The position numbers were made by a program, and so were the translations under genes. The notes below the pieces were generated by a model. The model was not told the origin of the DNA and did no database searches. It worked only from the letters and a program-made list of their open reading frames with translations. 64,000 bases of DNA, from positions 43,030,001 to 43,094,000 of the forward strand of contig CM059432.1 of assembly GCA_030390025.1 (NCBI GenBank). The letters run 5' to 3'. This document shows positions 12,286 to 24,800 of the stretch, piece by piece (the stretch's first letter is position 1; each line of letters starts with the position of its first letter). This DNA is from Squalus acanthias. Its lineage: Eukaryota.

Positions 12286-14847
12286 ACTCAGATCGCAGAA
12301 GCCACTCCCTGTGCCATTATCAACTCACACTTTCAACGCAAAAATTTTGAAAACCTAAACGTGCAAGGCCAGCTTTAACTAACAGCAGATGCCGCTAGAC
12401 GCCCTGGCACAGCAAATTTTGGCCCTAATATAGTATTTTTTTACATATTTAAAGCCAGGCAAAACATTAACCTGCAATTTTCAAAGCTCAGTCAAGCAAG
12501 AAGTCCAATGGCAATTTTTCCATCCAATTACCCATTAGTTGAAAATTTTCAAATTAATGAATTTAACTACCTGGAAGTGAGCCATGTGACCTTTCTAAGT
12601 GAGTCTAGTGCTGGTTGTTTCAGTTGCCAATGAGAAGTAAAAAATGACAAAGAAAAATCTGGAAATCTCTCTTTGTCGAGTCTGAAGTGGCACTGTTGAT
12701 GGATGAAGTGAGATGATTGCAGGGAGCTTAAAGCTATTTTTGGCACCAAAACAAAACAAAAATCGTCAAAATCTCATCCAGATTGTGCAGCTTGACAAGA
12801 AATTTGGCGATATATTCAATGCCGTCTCAAAAGAAAGGAAGTTAGAGAGAATGCAGAAAATGGTGAAACAAATTTGAAAGTATTTCAGACCAAATTGTCT
12901 TCAGTAAACAGTCTTGATCATAACTGCTGCAATGTGATCACACTCCACAAGAAAACTGTATCATATGTGGAAGGGGGATGACGACATTGTTTTCGCAGAG
13001 AGACCATGCAAAGGGTGGATGACCCCTTGATTGGAGTTGAAAGCTCAATGGATTCTAAGGCTCTATTAAGTCTTTTCATTTAATGATATGCCCATTAGAA
13101 AATTTAACTGTCATTAGTCTGCATTGCAAAGTACAACTTGAGACCTTTGTCGGCCCAATGTAATACTTATCTGTGCAAACTCATCTCTCACGTTAATAAT
13201 TTAAATCAACCTTCACAATATTCTGATAATGGCTCAACTTGCATTAACTATTTATAATAAATTCAGCATTCTTTGTACCCAAATGTTTTGATCATAGTTC
13301 CTTTTTTCAAGTTCATGCAGCTGGGCTGAGCCTTCTGTCGTATACTGCTGCTAACACACTCTGCAGGCGCTAATGGGGGAAGTTTAACATGGAGGAGCAT
13401 GTGGGTTAGGGTGCAGGTGGAGGGTTAAAATCCGGGGAAAATGAAAGGGCGTCGGGAAGCCAGCTCCAACCCGCCGATTCCCGCATTTCACTCCAGTGCG
13501 TTAGGCTGTGTTCACGCAATCCCCTCGGGAGAGGTGGGTTGCCTATTAACATGTTAATCGCTCAATTAGAGTGGTATTTCAACACAGTTTTTACTTTAAC
13601 ATCAGATCCACGGGTTTCCTAGGCTTCCTGAAACCCACCAGTGAAAGCAAGGTGAAAATTCAGCGGCAATTGAAGGGGCTGAATCAATCTCATGGAAATA
13701 TTACAATGGGCCTTAATTTGCAGTCGGAGGCGGATGCCTCCAAAGGGCAAAAAATCTACGAACCTGCCTTCTGCCTTGGGATCCATGGAGACTCGCGCTC
13801 CTGCCCCTCTATGCGTAGACATACGTAGAGGCCCACATATCCCAGGGACACAGGCGCTTCATTAGTGCCCCTGGGATCACGTGGGCTGGCCCAACCAATG
13901 AAAGAAGGGGGATCCCCATTCATGCTTATGGGGATTCTGTATGTACGAAATCCCCATAAGCATGAATGGGGATTACATAAAAAACACATATTAACATAAC
14001 AAATACACTAAAAAAAATTACATATTTAATATTAATTCAAATACAATGGGGGGAAATTCGGTAGGTTAGCGCCTGCAGAAGGCGGTAATGGGGCTCTGAT
14101 GCAGTAGTGCCTGGGCGAGGCGAATCTAGCACCGCACTGCAAATACACCCTGCCCGTGTTGCGCCGCCACTATGAGGTACCGCTGGGGACTTCAACGCCA
14201 GGCAGATCGTGATGTCAGTGAGCATGCAACGTGCAACGCTAACTAGGCGCCCGATCTGGAAAATTCATTGTCGCCACTTACCTTTACACCTTGACCAGAC
14301 AACGACAGGGAGAGCTGGCACACAGCTGCAGAAAGCCGGCTCCAGCGACGTTATTTAAAGGCGTCAGCATTAATCACTCGCAGCTGTCAGTTTCAGTGGT
14401 TTCTTGTCAGTTTCACCAAGTGGTTGAGTTTGTATGAGTTATTTCAAGCTTCTTTTTTATCAGCAGTCTTCTGGCAAGTGCAAAGTAGTTACATTTATTG
14501 TTCAAAGATTCAAACTACTACACTTGACAACATTAATGGGGACTGTACTGGCATGCCACCTCGCCCTCCAGGATCTACAGCAGAGGGAGCGTAGTCAGCC
14601 AGAAATATGGGAACATGTGCGAAGAGAAATGAGGAGGGACATCAGGGCTCTCACCAGGAGGCCTTACTCTCCGAGGGTATTCTGACAGCACCTCTCCTAT
14701 CTTCAATTAAGCAAGGAGCAGTGTATTAGATGGCTCCACATCACCAAGGTGGTGGTCACAGAACTCTGCCACCTCCTCCAAACAGACCTCCAGCCTCACA
14801 CCAGGATGACTTAAACCCCAGATCCCTTTTGCTCAGCACATGCCCAT

Positions 14848-17811
14848 CATAAGAACATAAGACGTAGAAGCAGGAGTAGGTCATTTGGCCCCTCGAGCCT
14901 GCTCCACCATTTAATAAGATCATGGCTGATCTGATCTTGGCCTCAACTCCACTTCTCTGCCCGCTCCCCATAACCTTTGACTCCCTTACCTTTCAAAAAT
15001 CTGTCTATCTCCACCTTAAATATATTCAATGACCCAGCCTCCACAGCTCTCTGGGGTAGAGAATTCCAAAGATTCATGACCCACTGAGAGAAGAAATTCC
15101 TCCTCATTTCCGATTTAAAAGAGTGCCCCCTTATTCTGAAATTATGCCCCCAGTTCTAGATTCCCCCACAAGGGGAAACATCTTCTCTGCATCTACCCTG
15201 TCAAGCCCCTTCAGAATCTTACATGTTTCAATACGATCACCTCTCATTCTTCTGAACTCCAATGAGTATAGGCCCAACCTGCTCAACCTTTCTTCATAAG
15301 ACAACCCCTTCATCTCCGGAATCAACCTCGTGAACCTTCTCTGAACTGCCTCCAATGCAAGTATATCCTTCCTTAAATAAGGAGACCAAAACTGTACGCA
15401 GTACTCCAGGTGTGGTGAAGAGATCGCAAAGTCTCTGTTTGAAGAATGGACTCAGTCGAGAATATTTTGTGGACTTTATGGGATTTTTCTGAGGATATTT
15501 TCCCTGTGATGGGATCGCCCTGTGCAGATACGTGAAAAACTGGTTTGTTAAAACTCCAGAGAATGCATAGCAGTTGGCTGTGACAAAAGAACTGTCAGTC
15601 ATCCAGAATGTGTGGGTTCGCCCGACAGTCCTGGAAAAAGGGAGGGAGGGGGCCATTAACGAAGGGGCTGAGGACCCTGAGGCACCCGTTGAACTTGAAC
15701 CTATTAGAAAGCCACTCTAATATGCAAAAGCTCTACTCACCTCCATCTCAGAAGAGAAGCAGAACAATGAACCCACTAGCCTAGCCAGCCGAAGAGGAGC
15801 CAGTTTTTCCCAACACAAAGACCGAAATATGTCCCAGACTTAGGGCCATTAGTCCAATCACGGAATACTCATGGGTCTGATGATGGCCCATCACTGACTA
15901 AGCACTGGAGTGCTTAGAAACAAAAGGATTTTAAAGATTGGCGGGAAAGATAGGGGTAGCAAGACTCCTATAAAGATAGATCCTTTCCCACCATTCTCTT
16001 TCTCTCTCCTCTCGCTGCACCAAGATCGACCTAACAAGAAGAAGTACCAGAGGAAGAAGCCGCTGAGCGGAGCGATCGAGACCGACTGTGTGTGGTGGTA
16101 AGCATGGTCTCGAGTGTCCCAAGCCGGATATTTTCTCAGAAGGGAAGTCTTTTTTGTGGAAGCTTCGTTTGGTTCCGCCAGGCGAAGGGGCTTATGCGAC
16201 TGGGAAATTCATTGGTAGAGGTGGAGTTAGAGTCCACCATAGCAACAAGGGAATTATTGCATGTCATAGTCCCCAGTTGTGTACTGTATGTATATTGTTT
16301 GTAACCTGGATCTTATTCTCCACAGAGACAGTGATTTTGTTTAGTCGTGCATGTTTTAGCCAGTGTATGTTAGACCAAATAAATATAAGTACGATTTTTC
16401 ACCGAAGCATTCCTGTCCGTGACTTATTCCATTTACACTCTGAATAATAATTCCCGGGTATAGAACTTTCGTAAAGCGGGGGCGATTCGAACCGTCCATC
16501 TAGCAATTGGGCTAGGATCAAAACCGCTTACAGTGATCTCACCAACGCCCTGTACAGTTTAACAGGACTTCCCTACTTTTATACTCCATTCCCTTTGCAA
16601 TAAAGGCCAACATTCCATTTGCCTTCCTAATTACTTGCTGTACCTGCATGCTAACTTTTTGTGATTCATGTACAAGGACCCCCAGATCCCTCTGTACCTC
16701 AGCATTTTGTAATCTCTCCCCATTTAAATAATAATTTGCTTTTTTATTTTTCCTACCAAAGTGGATAACCTCGCATTTTCCCACATTAAACTCCATCTGC
16801 CAGATTTTTGCCCACTCACTTAGCCTATCTATATCCCTTTGGAGATTCTTTGCGTCCTCCACACAATTTGCTTTCCCACCTAGCTTTGTATCATCAGCAA
16901 ATTTGGCTACATTACACTCAGTCCCTTCATCCAAGTCATTAATATAGATTGTAAATAGTTGAGGCCCCAGCACTGATCCCTGCGGCACCCCACTAGTTAC
17001 AGTTTGCCAACCTGAAAATGACCCATTTATCCCGACTCTCTGTTTTCTGTTAGTTAGCCAATCCTCTATCCATGCTAATATATTGCCCCCAACCCCGTGA
17101 GCTCTTATCTTGTGTAGTAACCTTTTATGTGGCAGCTTATTGAATGCCTTCTGGAAATCCAAATACATGACATCTACTGGTTCCCCTTTATCCACCCTGC
17201 TTGTTACATCCTCAAAGAATTCCAGCAAATTTGTCAAACATGATTTCCCTTTCATAAAACCATGCTGACTCTGCTTGACAATATGATGATTTTCTAAATG
17301 TCCTGCTATCACTTCCTTAATGATGGGCTCCAGGATTTTCCCAATGACAGATGTTAGGCTAACTGGTCGATAGTTGCCTGCTTTCTGTCTCCCTTCTTTC
17401 TTAAATAGGGGTGTTACATTTGCGGTTTTCCAGCCCGCTGGGACCTCTCCAGAATCCAGGGAATTTTGGTATATTACAACCAATGTATCCATTATCTCTG
17501 TAGCCACCTCTTTTAAGACTCTATGATGCACGCCATTGGGTCCAGGGGACTTGTTCACCTTTAGTCCCATCGGTTTGCCTAGTACTTCCTCTCTAGTTAT
17601 AGTGATTGTTTTAAGTTCCCCCCCCCCCACCCCCACCGTAATAGCCCCTTGATTATCCATTATTGGGATGCTTTTAGTGTCTTCTACCGTGAAGACCGAT
17701 ACAAAATATTTGTTCAAAGTCTCCACCATTTCCCTATTTCCCATTATTAATTCCCAGACTCATCCTCTAGGGGACCAACGTTTACTTTAGCTACTCTCTT
17801 CCTTTTTATAC
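14848..17811 (-). mobile_element. 5'-truncated CR1 LINE interrupted by a solo LTR
   Basis: ORF 16539..17744 is an RT with NYRPVSLTS, GVPQGSVLGP and FADD. It continues beyond the LTR (15131..15355) to a (TTCTTATG)n tail at 14848. Confidence 0.95.
15416..16532 (+). mobile_element. Solo LTR (1117 bp) of an endogenous retrovirus or LTR retrotransposon
   Basis: TGAAG...CTTACA termini; 4-bp TSD GTGG/GTGA restores CR1 GGTGTGGTCTCACC; CCAAT near 15854, TATAAAG at 15969, AATAAA at 16378. Confidence 0.75.
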
Positions 17812-20253
17812 CATCCCTGTGTCATGCCATATCACAGCGTCCTCCTGGGCACAAAGGTGAAATGAGAGAAACCACAAAATATTGCAAACTCCATTAATAA
17901 ATTTATGCATAAACATATCACACATATCACATTCATTCTAATAACTAATGACCCTTGTGACTGCCATAGTTGAATAGCTGTCATTGTGTGCAAGGCGTGA
18001 GATGTGGGTGCGAGTGTTGGTAGTAGAGATTGTTGGTGGGTGAGTGATGGGGGTCTGGTGCTTTGGGCAGTGTGTGAAGATTGTGGTACAGATGGTGGTA
18101 TGGAGCATTTGCTGAAGCATTCAATCACCCTGACCACCCGACTGAGGTGGATCTGCTATGAGCACACCTGTTTCAGTCCTCCGGCTCCTTCTCCCTGTTG
18201 TGCTTCTCCTTGCTGAGGCAGCTGCACAGCCAGCAATGCTGAGAATGAGGTGCTGCAGCATCAATGAACCTTCCCTTTAAGTACTGGGAAAATGCTGTTG
18301 GAATGATGAGTTGAGATTAGACTGCACTCGATATTGGTCCACCCTTTGAGTGTAACGTCACTGAACTAGGCCTTTAAGACTTGATTTAGCGCCCCAATCA
18401 TTTCTTTGAGCAGTGAGAATGAATTTTGCGTGCAGTCTAAAGCATTAGCGCCTGGTGCTAATTCTCAAACTTTTCTAAAGACACCGCCCATTCCTGGGCT
18501 ATAATGAAGTTCTAGACCAATAGAATTAAACATGTAAAACAAAAATAAAAATTTTTGAAAAATAAATTTAAATGTTTTAAAGGGGCTAAAAATAACCTTA
18601 CCTTATTTTACATTTGTTTTAATGCTTTTACCAGGCGTAAGAATTTCACATGCATTCGCTGGGCAGAAGTTAGGACAGCAAAGATTTTTGACAGATCGCA
18701 AGTTCCAGGTTTTCGCACATGCGCTTAGCGCACAAAATCCTGGAATTTGCGCAGCTCTTACAGGCGGTTACACACCCATAGGGGCCGCAAAATACGGGCC
18801 AATAAATACTCAGTACTCACAGCTGCTTTCCTACCTGCTAGTGGGAAAGGGTTTGTTTGAAGTACTTTTGCTGAGAGGTTACTTTCTATGCTTTCGAGGT
18901 TTGTTCCATCAGGATGGATTAATTAACCGTCATTTAGAGAGGCAAGGATTAATCAAGGACAGTCAGTACGGATTTGTTAAGTGAAGGTCGTGTCTGACTA
19001 ACTTGATTGAATTTTTTGAGGAGGTAACATGGAGGGTCGATGAGGGTAGCGTATTTGATGTAGTCTACATGGATTTTAGCAAGGCTTTTGACAAGCTCCC
19101 ACGTGGCAGACTGGTCAGAAAAGTAAAAGCGCATGAGATCCAAGGGAAAGTGGCAAGTTGGATCCAAAATTGGCTCAGTGGCAGAAAGCAAAGGGTAATG
19201 ATTGACGAGTGTTTTTGTGACTGGAAGGATGTTTCCTGTGGGGTTCCGCAGGGCTCAGTACTAGGTCCCTTGCTTTTTGTGGTATATATTAATGATTTAG
19301 ACTTCAATGTAGGGGACATGATTAAGAAGTTTGCAGATGATACAAAAATTGGCCGTATGGTTGATAGTGAGGACGAAAGCTATAGACTGCAGGAAGATAT
19401 CGATGGACTGGTCAGGTGGGCAGAAAAGTGGCAAATGGAATTCAATCTGGAGAAGTGTGAGGCAATGCATTTGGGGATGGCTAACAAGGCAAGGGAATAC
19501 ACATTAAATGGTAGGACACTGAGAAGTGTAGAGGGACAGAGGGACCTTGGAGTGCAAGTCCACAGATCCCAGAAGGTAGAAGGACAGGTAGATAAGCTGG
19601 TCAAGAAGGCATATGGAATACTTTCCTTTATTAGCCGAGGCATAGAATATAAGAGCAGGGAGGTTATGCTAGAACTGTATAAAACATTAGTTAGGCCACA
19701 GCTAGAGTACTGCATACAGTTCTGGTCACCACATTACATGAAAGATGTGATTGCACCAGAGAGGGTAGAGGAGATTTATGAGGATGTTGCCAGGACTGGA
19801 GAATTTTGGCTATGAGGAAAGATTGGATAGGCTTAGAGGGGGAAAAATTCAGTTGGTTAGTGCCTCCTGTTAGCGGCAGCAGCTGGAGCTAACGGGGCGC
19901 AGATGCAGTAGTGCCGGGGCGAGGCGAACCCAGCGACGCAAGGCAAATCCGGATTCCCCGTTGCACCGCTGGTATGAGTTACCGCCGGGGACTTCAACGC
20001 CAGGCAGATTGTGAGGTCACTGGGTGCCCAAACTGCAAAATTCATTTTTGCCACCTACCTTAGCTCCTCGCCCAGACAACGACAGGGAGAGGAGGCATCA
20101 AGCAGGTGGAAGCCGGCTCCAGGGATGTTATTTAAAGGGACCAATGAGTTGCAGCTGTCAGGTTAGTGGAGTTTCAGTGCTTTCTTGTCAGTTTGACATT
20201 GTGCAACAGTTTAATTCAGGAATTTAAAGGCTCTTTTGTATCAGGAGTGTTGT

Positions 20254-21921
20254 TTTTTTTTTATTCGTTTATGGGATGTGGGCATCGCTGGCAAGGCCAG
20301 CATTTATTGCCCATCCCTAATTGCCCTTGAGAAGGTGGTGGTGAGCCGCCTTCTTGTACCGCTGCAGTCCGTGTGGTGAAGGTACTCCTAGGGAGGGAGG
20401 GAGTTCCAGGATTTTGACCCAGCGACGATGAAGGAACGCCGATATACTTCTAAGTAAGGATGGTGCGTGACTTGGAGGGAAACTTGGAGGTGGTGATGTT
20501 CCCATGCGCCTGCTGCCCTTGTCCTTCTAGGTGGTAGAGGTCGCGGGTTTGGGAGGTGCTGCCGAAGAAGCCTTGGCGAGTTGCTGCAGTGCATCTTGTA
20601 GTCCTGTGTTGCAGCTTCCCCAGGTACGCCTGTTGCTGCTCCTGTCATGCTCTTCTACACACCTTATTGAACCAGGGTTGGTCCCCTGGCTTGATGGTAA
20701 TGGTAGAGTGAGGGATATGCCGGGCCATGAGGTCACAGGTTGTGGTGGAATACAATTCTGCTGCTGTTGCTGGCCCACAGCACCTCATGGATGCCCAGTT
20801 TTGAGCTGCTAGAGCTGTTCTGAATCTATCCCATTTTCCATGGTGGTTGTGCCATACAACACGATGGAGGGCGTCCTCAGTGTGAAGACAGGACTTTGTC
20901 TCCACAATGACTGTGCGGTGGTCACTGCTACCAATACTGCCATGGACAGATGCATCTGCGACAGGTAGATTGGTGAGGACGAGGTCAAGTAGGTTTTTCC
21001 CTCGTGTTGGTTCTCTCACCACCTGTCACAGGCCCAGACTGACAATTATGGCCTTCAGGACTCAGCCAGCTCGGTCAGTAATGGTGCTACTGAGCCACTC
21101 TTGGTGATGGACATTGAAGTCCCCCACCCAGAGTACATTCTGTGCCCTTGCTACTCTCAGTGCTTCTTCCAAGTGGTGTTCAACATGGAGGAGTACTGAT
21201 TCATCAGCAGAGGGATGGCGGTAGGTGGTAATCAGCAGGAGGTTTCCTTGCCCCTGCTTGACCTGAAGCCATGAGACTTCATGGGGTCCGGAGTCAATGT
21301 TGAGGACTCCCAGGGCCACTCCTTCCCGACTGTATACCACTGTGCCGCCACCACTGGTGGGACAGGACATACCGAGGGAGGGTGATGGAGGAGTTTGGGA
21401 CATTGGCCGAAGGATATGATTCTGTGAGTATGACTATGTCAGGCTGTTGCTTGACTAGTCTGTGGGACAGCTCTCCCAATTTTGGCACAAGTCCCCAGAT
21501 GTTGGTGAGGAGGACTTTGCAGGGTCGACTGGGCTGGGTGTGCCGTTGCCATGTCCGTAGCCGGTGCTGAGGTTGATGTCGGGTGGTCCGTCCGGTTTCA
21601 TTCTTTTTATTGCTTGCTAGGCCATTTCAGAGGGCAATTAAGAGTCAACCACATTGCTGTGGGTCTGGAGTCACATATAGGCCAGACCGGGTAAGGACGG
21701 GAGATTTCCTTCCCTAAAGGACATTAGTGAACCAGATGGGTTTCTTATGACAATCCGATAGTTTCATGGTTACCATTACTGATACTGGTAATTATTCCAG
21801 ATTTATTTAATTAACTGAATTTAAATTCCCCAGCTGCCGTGGTGGGATTTGAACTCACGTCTCTGGATCATTAGTCCAGGCCTCTGGATTACTAGCCCAG
21901 TGACATTACCACTACGCTACC
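20254..21921 (-). mobile_element. Internally deleted Jockey/CR1-group non-LTR element with a tRNA-like 5' head
   Basis: A box TAGCGTAGTGG (21919-21909) and B box GTTCAAATCCC (21854-21844). APE motifs TNIWGL...DIVILTES, YRHPS, GDFN, LDLVL, SDH. The 3' end HHLLKGN* plus AATAAA/polyA matches the element at 34194-36467. TSD GTTGT. Confidence 0.85.
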
Positions 21922-21991
21922 GTTGTGGTAACTAAAAAGTAGTAACATTTATTCTTTAAAAATATTAAAGTGCTACACTTGGCTTACATTA

Positions 21992-23036
21992 ATGGGGGCT
22001 GTACTGGCAGTCGACCTGGCTCTCCAGGATTTACAGCAGAGGGAGCGGAGGCAGCGAGAAAGACTGGAACATATGGCCAGAGGGAGGAGGAGGGCCAGCA
22101 GGGCTCTCAACAGGAGGCCTTACTCTCTGAGGGTATTCCGAGAGCACTTCTCCTACCTCCAATTAAGCGAGGAGCAGTGTATTAGGAGGCTCCGCGTCAC
22201 CAAGGAGGTGGTCACAGAACTCTACAACCTCCTGCAACCAGACATCCAGTCTCAGATCAGGGTGACCATGGCTCTCTCAGTGGCCGTCAAGGTCACCGTT
22301 GCCCTCAATTTCTTCGCCATGGATCCTTCCAGCCTGCAACAGGAGACATAGCTAACATCTCGCAGTTCGCCATCCATTGCTGCATCTGGGAGGTCACAGA
22401 GGCTCTCTACAGTAGGAGAAGGGACCACATTTCCTTCCCCATCACCAGAAAGAAGCAGGACAAGCGTGCATGTGCACGTGGCTTTGCCAGGATAGCAGGA
22501 TTCCCCATGGTGCAGGGTGCCATTGACTGCACGCACGTGGTTTTGCGGGCACCGCATAACAATCCTGATATCTTCCGTAACCTCAAAGGCTACCACTCAC
22601 TTAATGTGCAGTTGGTGTGCAACCACTGACAGCTGATCCTCAATATCAATGCCTGCTATCCTGGCAGCAGCCATGATGCCTTCATCCTGTGCCAGACCGG
22701 TGTGCCAGCACTCTTCCTGTCACCACGTCAAGCTCGCGGCTGGCTGCTCGGAGACAAGGGCTATCCGCTCTCCACCTGGCTCATGACTCCCCTCCGTAGC
22801 CCCAACACATGCTGCAACAAGGAACATCATCGAGCAGATCATCGGGGTGCTCAAGCAATGGTTCCACTGACATGACCGCTCGGGAGGTGCCCTCCAGTAC
22901 TCGGCTGAGCGGGTCTCCCATTTCGTGGTGGTCTGCTACATGCTCCAAATCTTGGCCAGCATGAGGGCCCAGCCCTTGCCACCAGGGATTGCGGGACCAC
23001 CTCAGGAGGAGGAAGAGGGAGAGGAGGAGGAGGAGG
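21992..23036 (+). pseudogene. Harbinger transposase pseudogene
   Basis: MGAVLAV...VAVKVTVALNFFA, GAIDCTHV, LLGDKGYP, IEQIIGVLK and poly-E tail, with frameshifts and deletions. Confidence 0.9.
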
Positions 23037-23591
23037 ATAAGAACATAAGAACATAAGAAACAGGAGCAGGAGTAGGCCAATCGGCCCCTCGAGCCTGCTC
23101 CGCCATTCAATAAGATCATGGCTGATCCAATCTTGTCCTCAACACCACTTTCCCGCTCTTTCCCCATACCCCTTGACTCCCTTGTAGTTCAAATGTCTGT
23201 CAATCTCCGCCTTGAATATATTCAATGACTCCGCCTCCACAACTCTCTGGGGTAGAGAATGCCAAAGATTCACGACACTCTGAGAGAAGAAATTCCTCCT
23301 CATCTCCGTTTTAAATGGGCGACCCCTTATTCTGAAACTATGCCCCCTAGTTCTAGATACCCCCACTAGGGGAAACATCCTCTCAGCATCTACCCTATCA
23401 ATCCCCCTCAGAATCTTATATGTTTCAATAAGATCACCTCTCATTCTTCTAAACTCCAATGAGTATAGACCCAACCTGCTCAACCTTTCGTCATACGCCA
23501 ACCCCTTCATCCCAGGAATCAACCTAGTGAACCTTCTCTGTACTGCCTCCAATGCAAGTATATCCTTCCTTAAATATGGAGACCAAAACTG
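23037..23591 (-). mobile_element. CR1 3' fragment
   Basis: ORF 23139..23552 (VQRRFTRLIPG...RMRGDLIETYKIL); (TTCTTATG)n tail. Confidence 0.93.
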
Positions 23592-23593
23592 GA

Positions 23594-24800
23594 AATGATG
23601 GGCACTACGGTATGCATTGAGCCTTGTGCAATGTTGGAGGTGGACTTCTCCATGCTCTTTATCATTGTTGAGAGGCTCTCGGGCACCCTTGCCATTGCAC
23701 CTATCATCTCCGTGTGCATGCCCATCATCTTTCTTCTAAACATCTCCCCATCGAGGTCCTCATCTGAGTCCTGTGCAGCAGAACTCGCGCACGAACTCGC
23801 CCTCCGGGGAGCTGGCCCCCGAGCTACCCTTTCCCCCTGGCCTTGCTGCAGCCCACTCAACCCAGTGCCTCACCCTGTGTAGATCCCGCTACTATACTAG
23901 CCTCTAAAGAACGCATAGTGTCAGTGTCTGAGCTGGTGCCTGCAGGTGAGACATGCAGTGACGCGGTGTGTTCTTCCTCGTCCTCTTCTACCGCTTCACT
24001 CTCAACAGTGCCCTCAGGGACAGGCTGTTCAGGTGCTTGCTCGTTATCTGAAAGCATAAAGGCACAAGAGTCGGGTTAAGGTGAGAGGAGGGGGGCAGGA
24101 AGGGAGAAAGGCATGTATACAGCATGATTAGCCAGAAAGTGCGAAACACTTGTGGGGTGAGGGGGAAGTGAGATGTGAGAAGAAGGAGTAGGGGGTGAAC
24201 ATAACGTTGTTGTCCCCAAGGGGGTCAACGTCGCCGGTGGCCACAGCGCCCACCACCTGGCGCCCAATAATCTGCAGCACTCTTTCCTCCAGCGCAGACA
24301 GTGGTTGGGTGTAGGCTTGTCCCCCGCCTGTGCGCTCCTGCTCCCTCCTGTTGTGAGCCACCTTGGCCTGCAACAGAAAGGAAAGTGTGTGAGTGAGTGT
24401 GGAGCAATGTGTTTGAATGCTGTGCCTGCCATAGTTGAATAGCTTTCATTGTTTGCAAGGTGTGAGATTGTTGGTGGGTGAGTGCTGGGGGTGTGGTGCT
24501 TTGGACAGTGTGTGAAGACTGTGGTTCAGATGGTGGTATGCAGCATTTGTTGAAGCATTGACTCACCCTGACCACCCGAGTGAGGTCGTTAAATTTCTTC
24601 CTGCACTGTGTGTGGATCCTGGGGACCACAGTGCTGTCCGAGACGTGCTGGGCTACCTACCCCCACATGGTGCGGAAGACTTGCAGCGAGGGCTTCCTGC
24701 CACTTGCTGGGTAGAGGCCTCCAATGCTTGATCGCAGAATCTGCGGGCTCTCTCCCTGGGGCGTGGATCTGCCATCAGTACAGCTGCTTGAGTTGTCCAG
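23594..24800 (-). pseudogene. Myb/SANT-like ORF2 pseudogene (exon 1 ends at 24567; exon 2 is 24367-24205; exon 3 starts at 24047)
   Basis: QCRKKFNDLTRVVR then GTGAGT; AKVAHNRREQERTGGG; the second donor reads TTATGT (mutated); GMHTEMIGA matches GMHTELMGA of the near-intact copy. Confidence 0.85.

Larger units (their letters stand above)
680..12425. mobile_element. Fragmented non-autonomous TIR element (Harbinger-like MITE) hosting nested insertions; pieces at about 680-975, 6355-6516, 7130-7263 and 12286-12425
   Basis: The pieces read as contiguous across the insertions. The right end CAGCAAATTTTGGCCC followed by TAA resembles the other TIRs. The left end is degenerate and approximate. Confidence 0.45.
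14048..18518 (+). mobile_element. Internally deleted Harbinger, related to 19838-25133, interrupted by a CR1
   Basis: Left end GGGGGGAAATTC; TSD AAT; transposase 5' remnant MGTVLACHLALQDLQQRE...RRPYSPRVF; right-end palindrome at 18445-18461. Confidence 0.82.
13708..18800. mobile_element. Harbinger-type MITE split by the Harbinger at 14048-18518
   Basis: Ends GGGCCTTAATTTGCAG and (rc) GGCCCGTATTTTGCGG; TSD AAT at 13705-13707 and 18801-18803. Confidence 0.75.

Noticed and set aside
21840..21921. Functional tRNA gene
   Set aside because: A and B boxes are present but too widely spaced, there is no cloverleaf or T-run terminator, and it is part of a retroelement.
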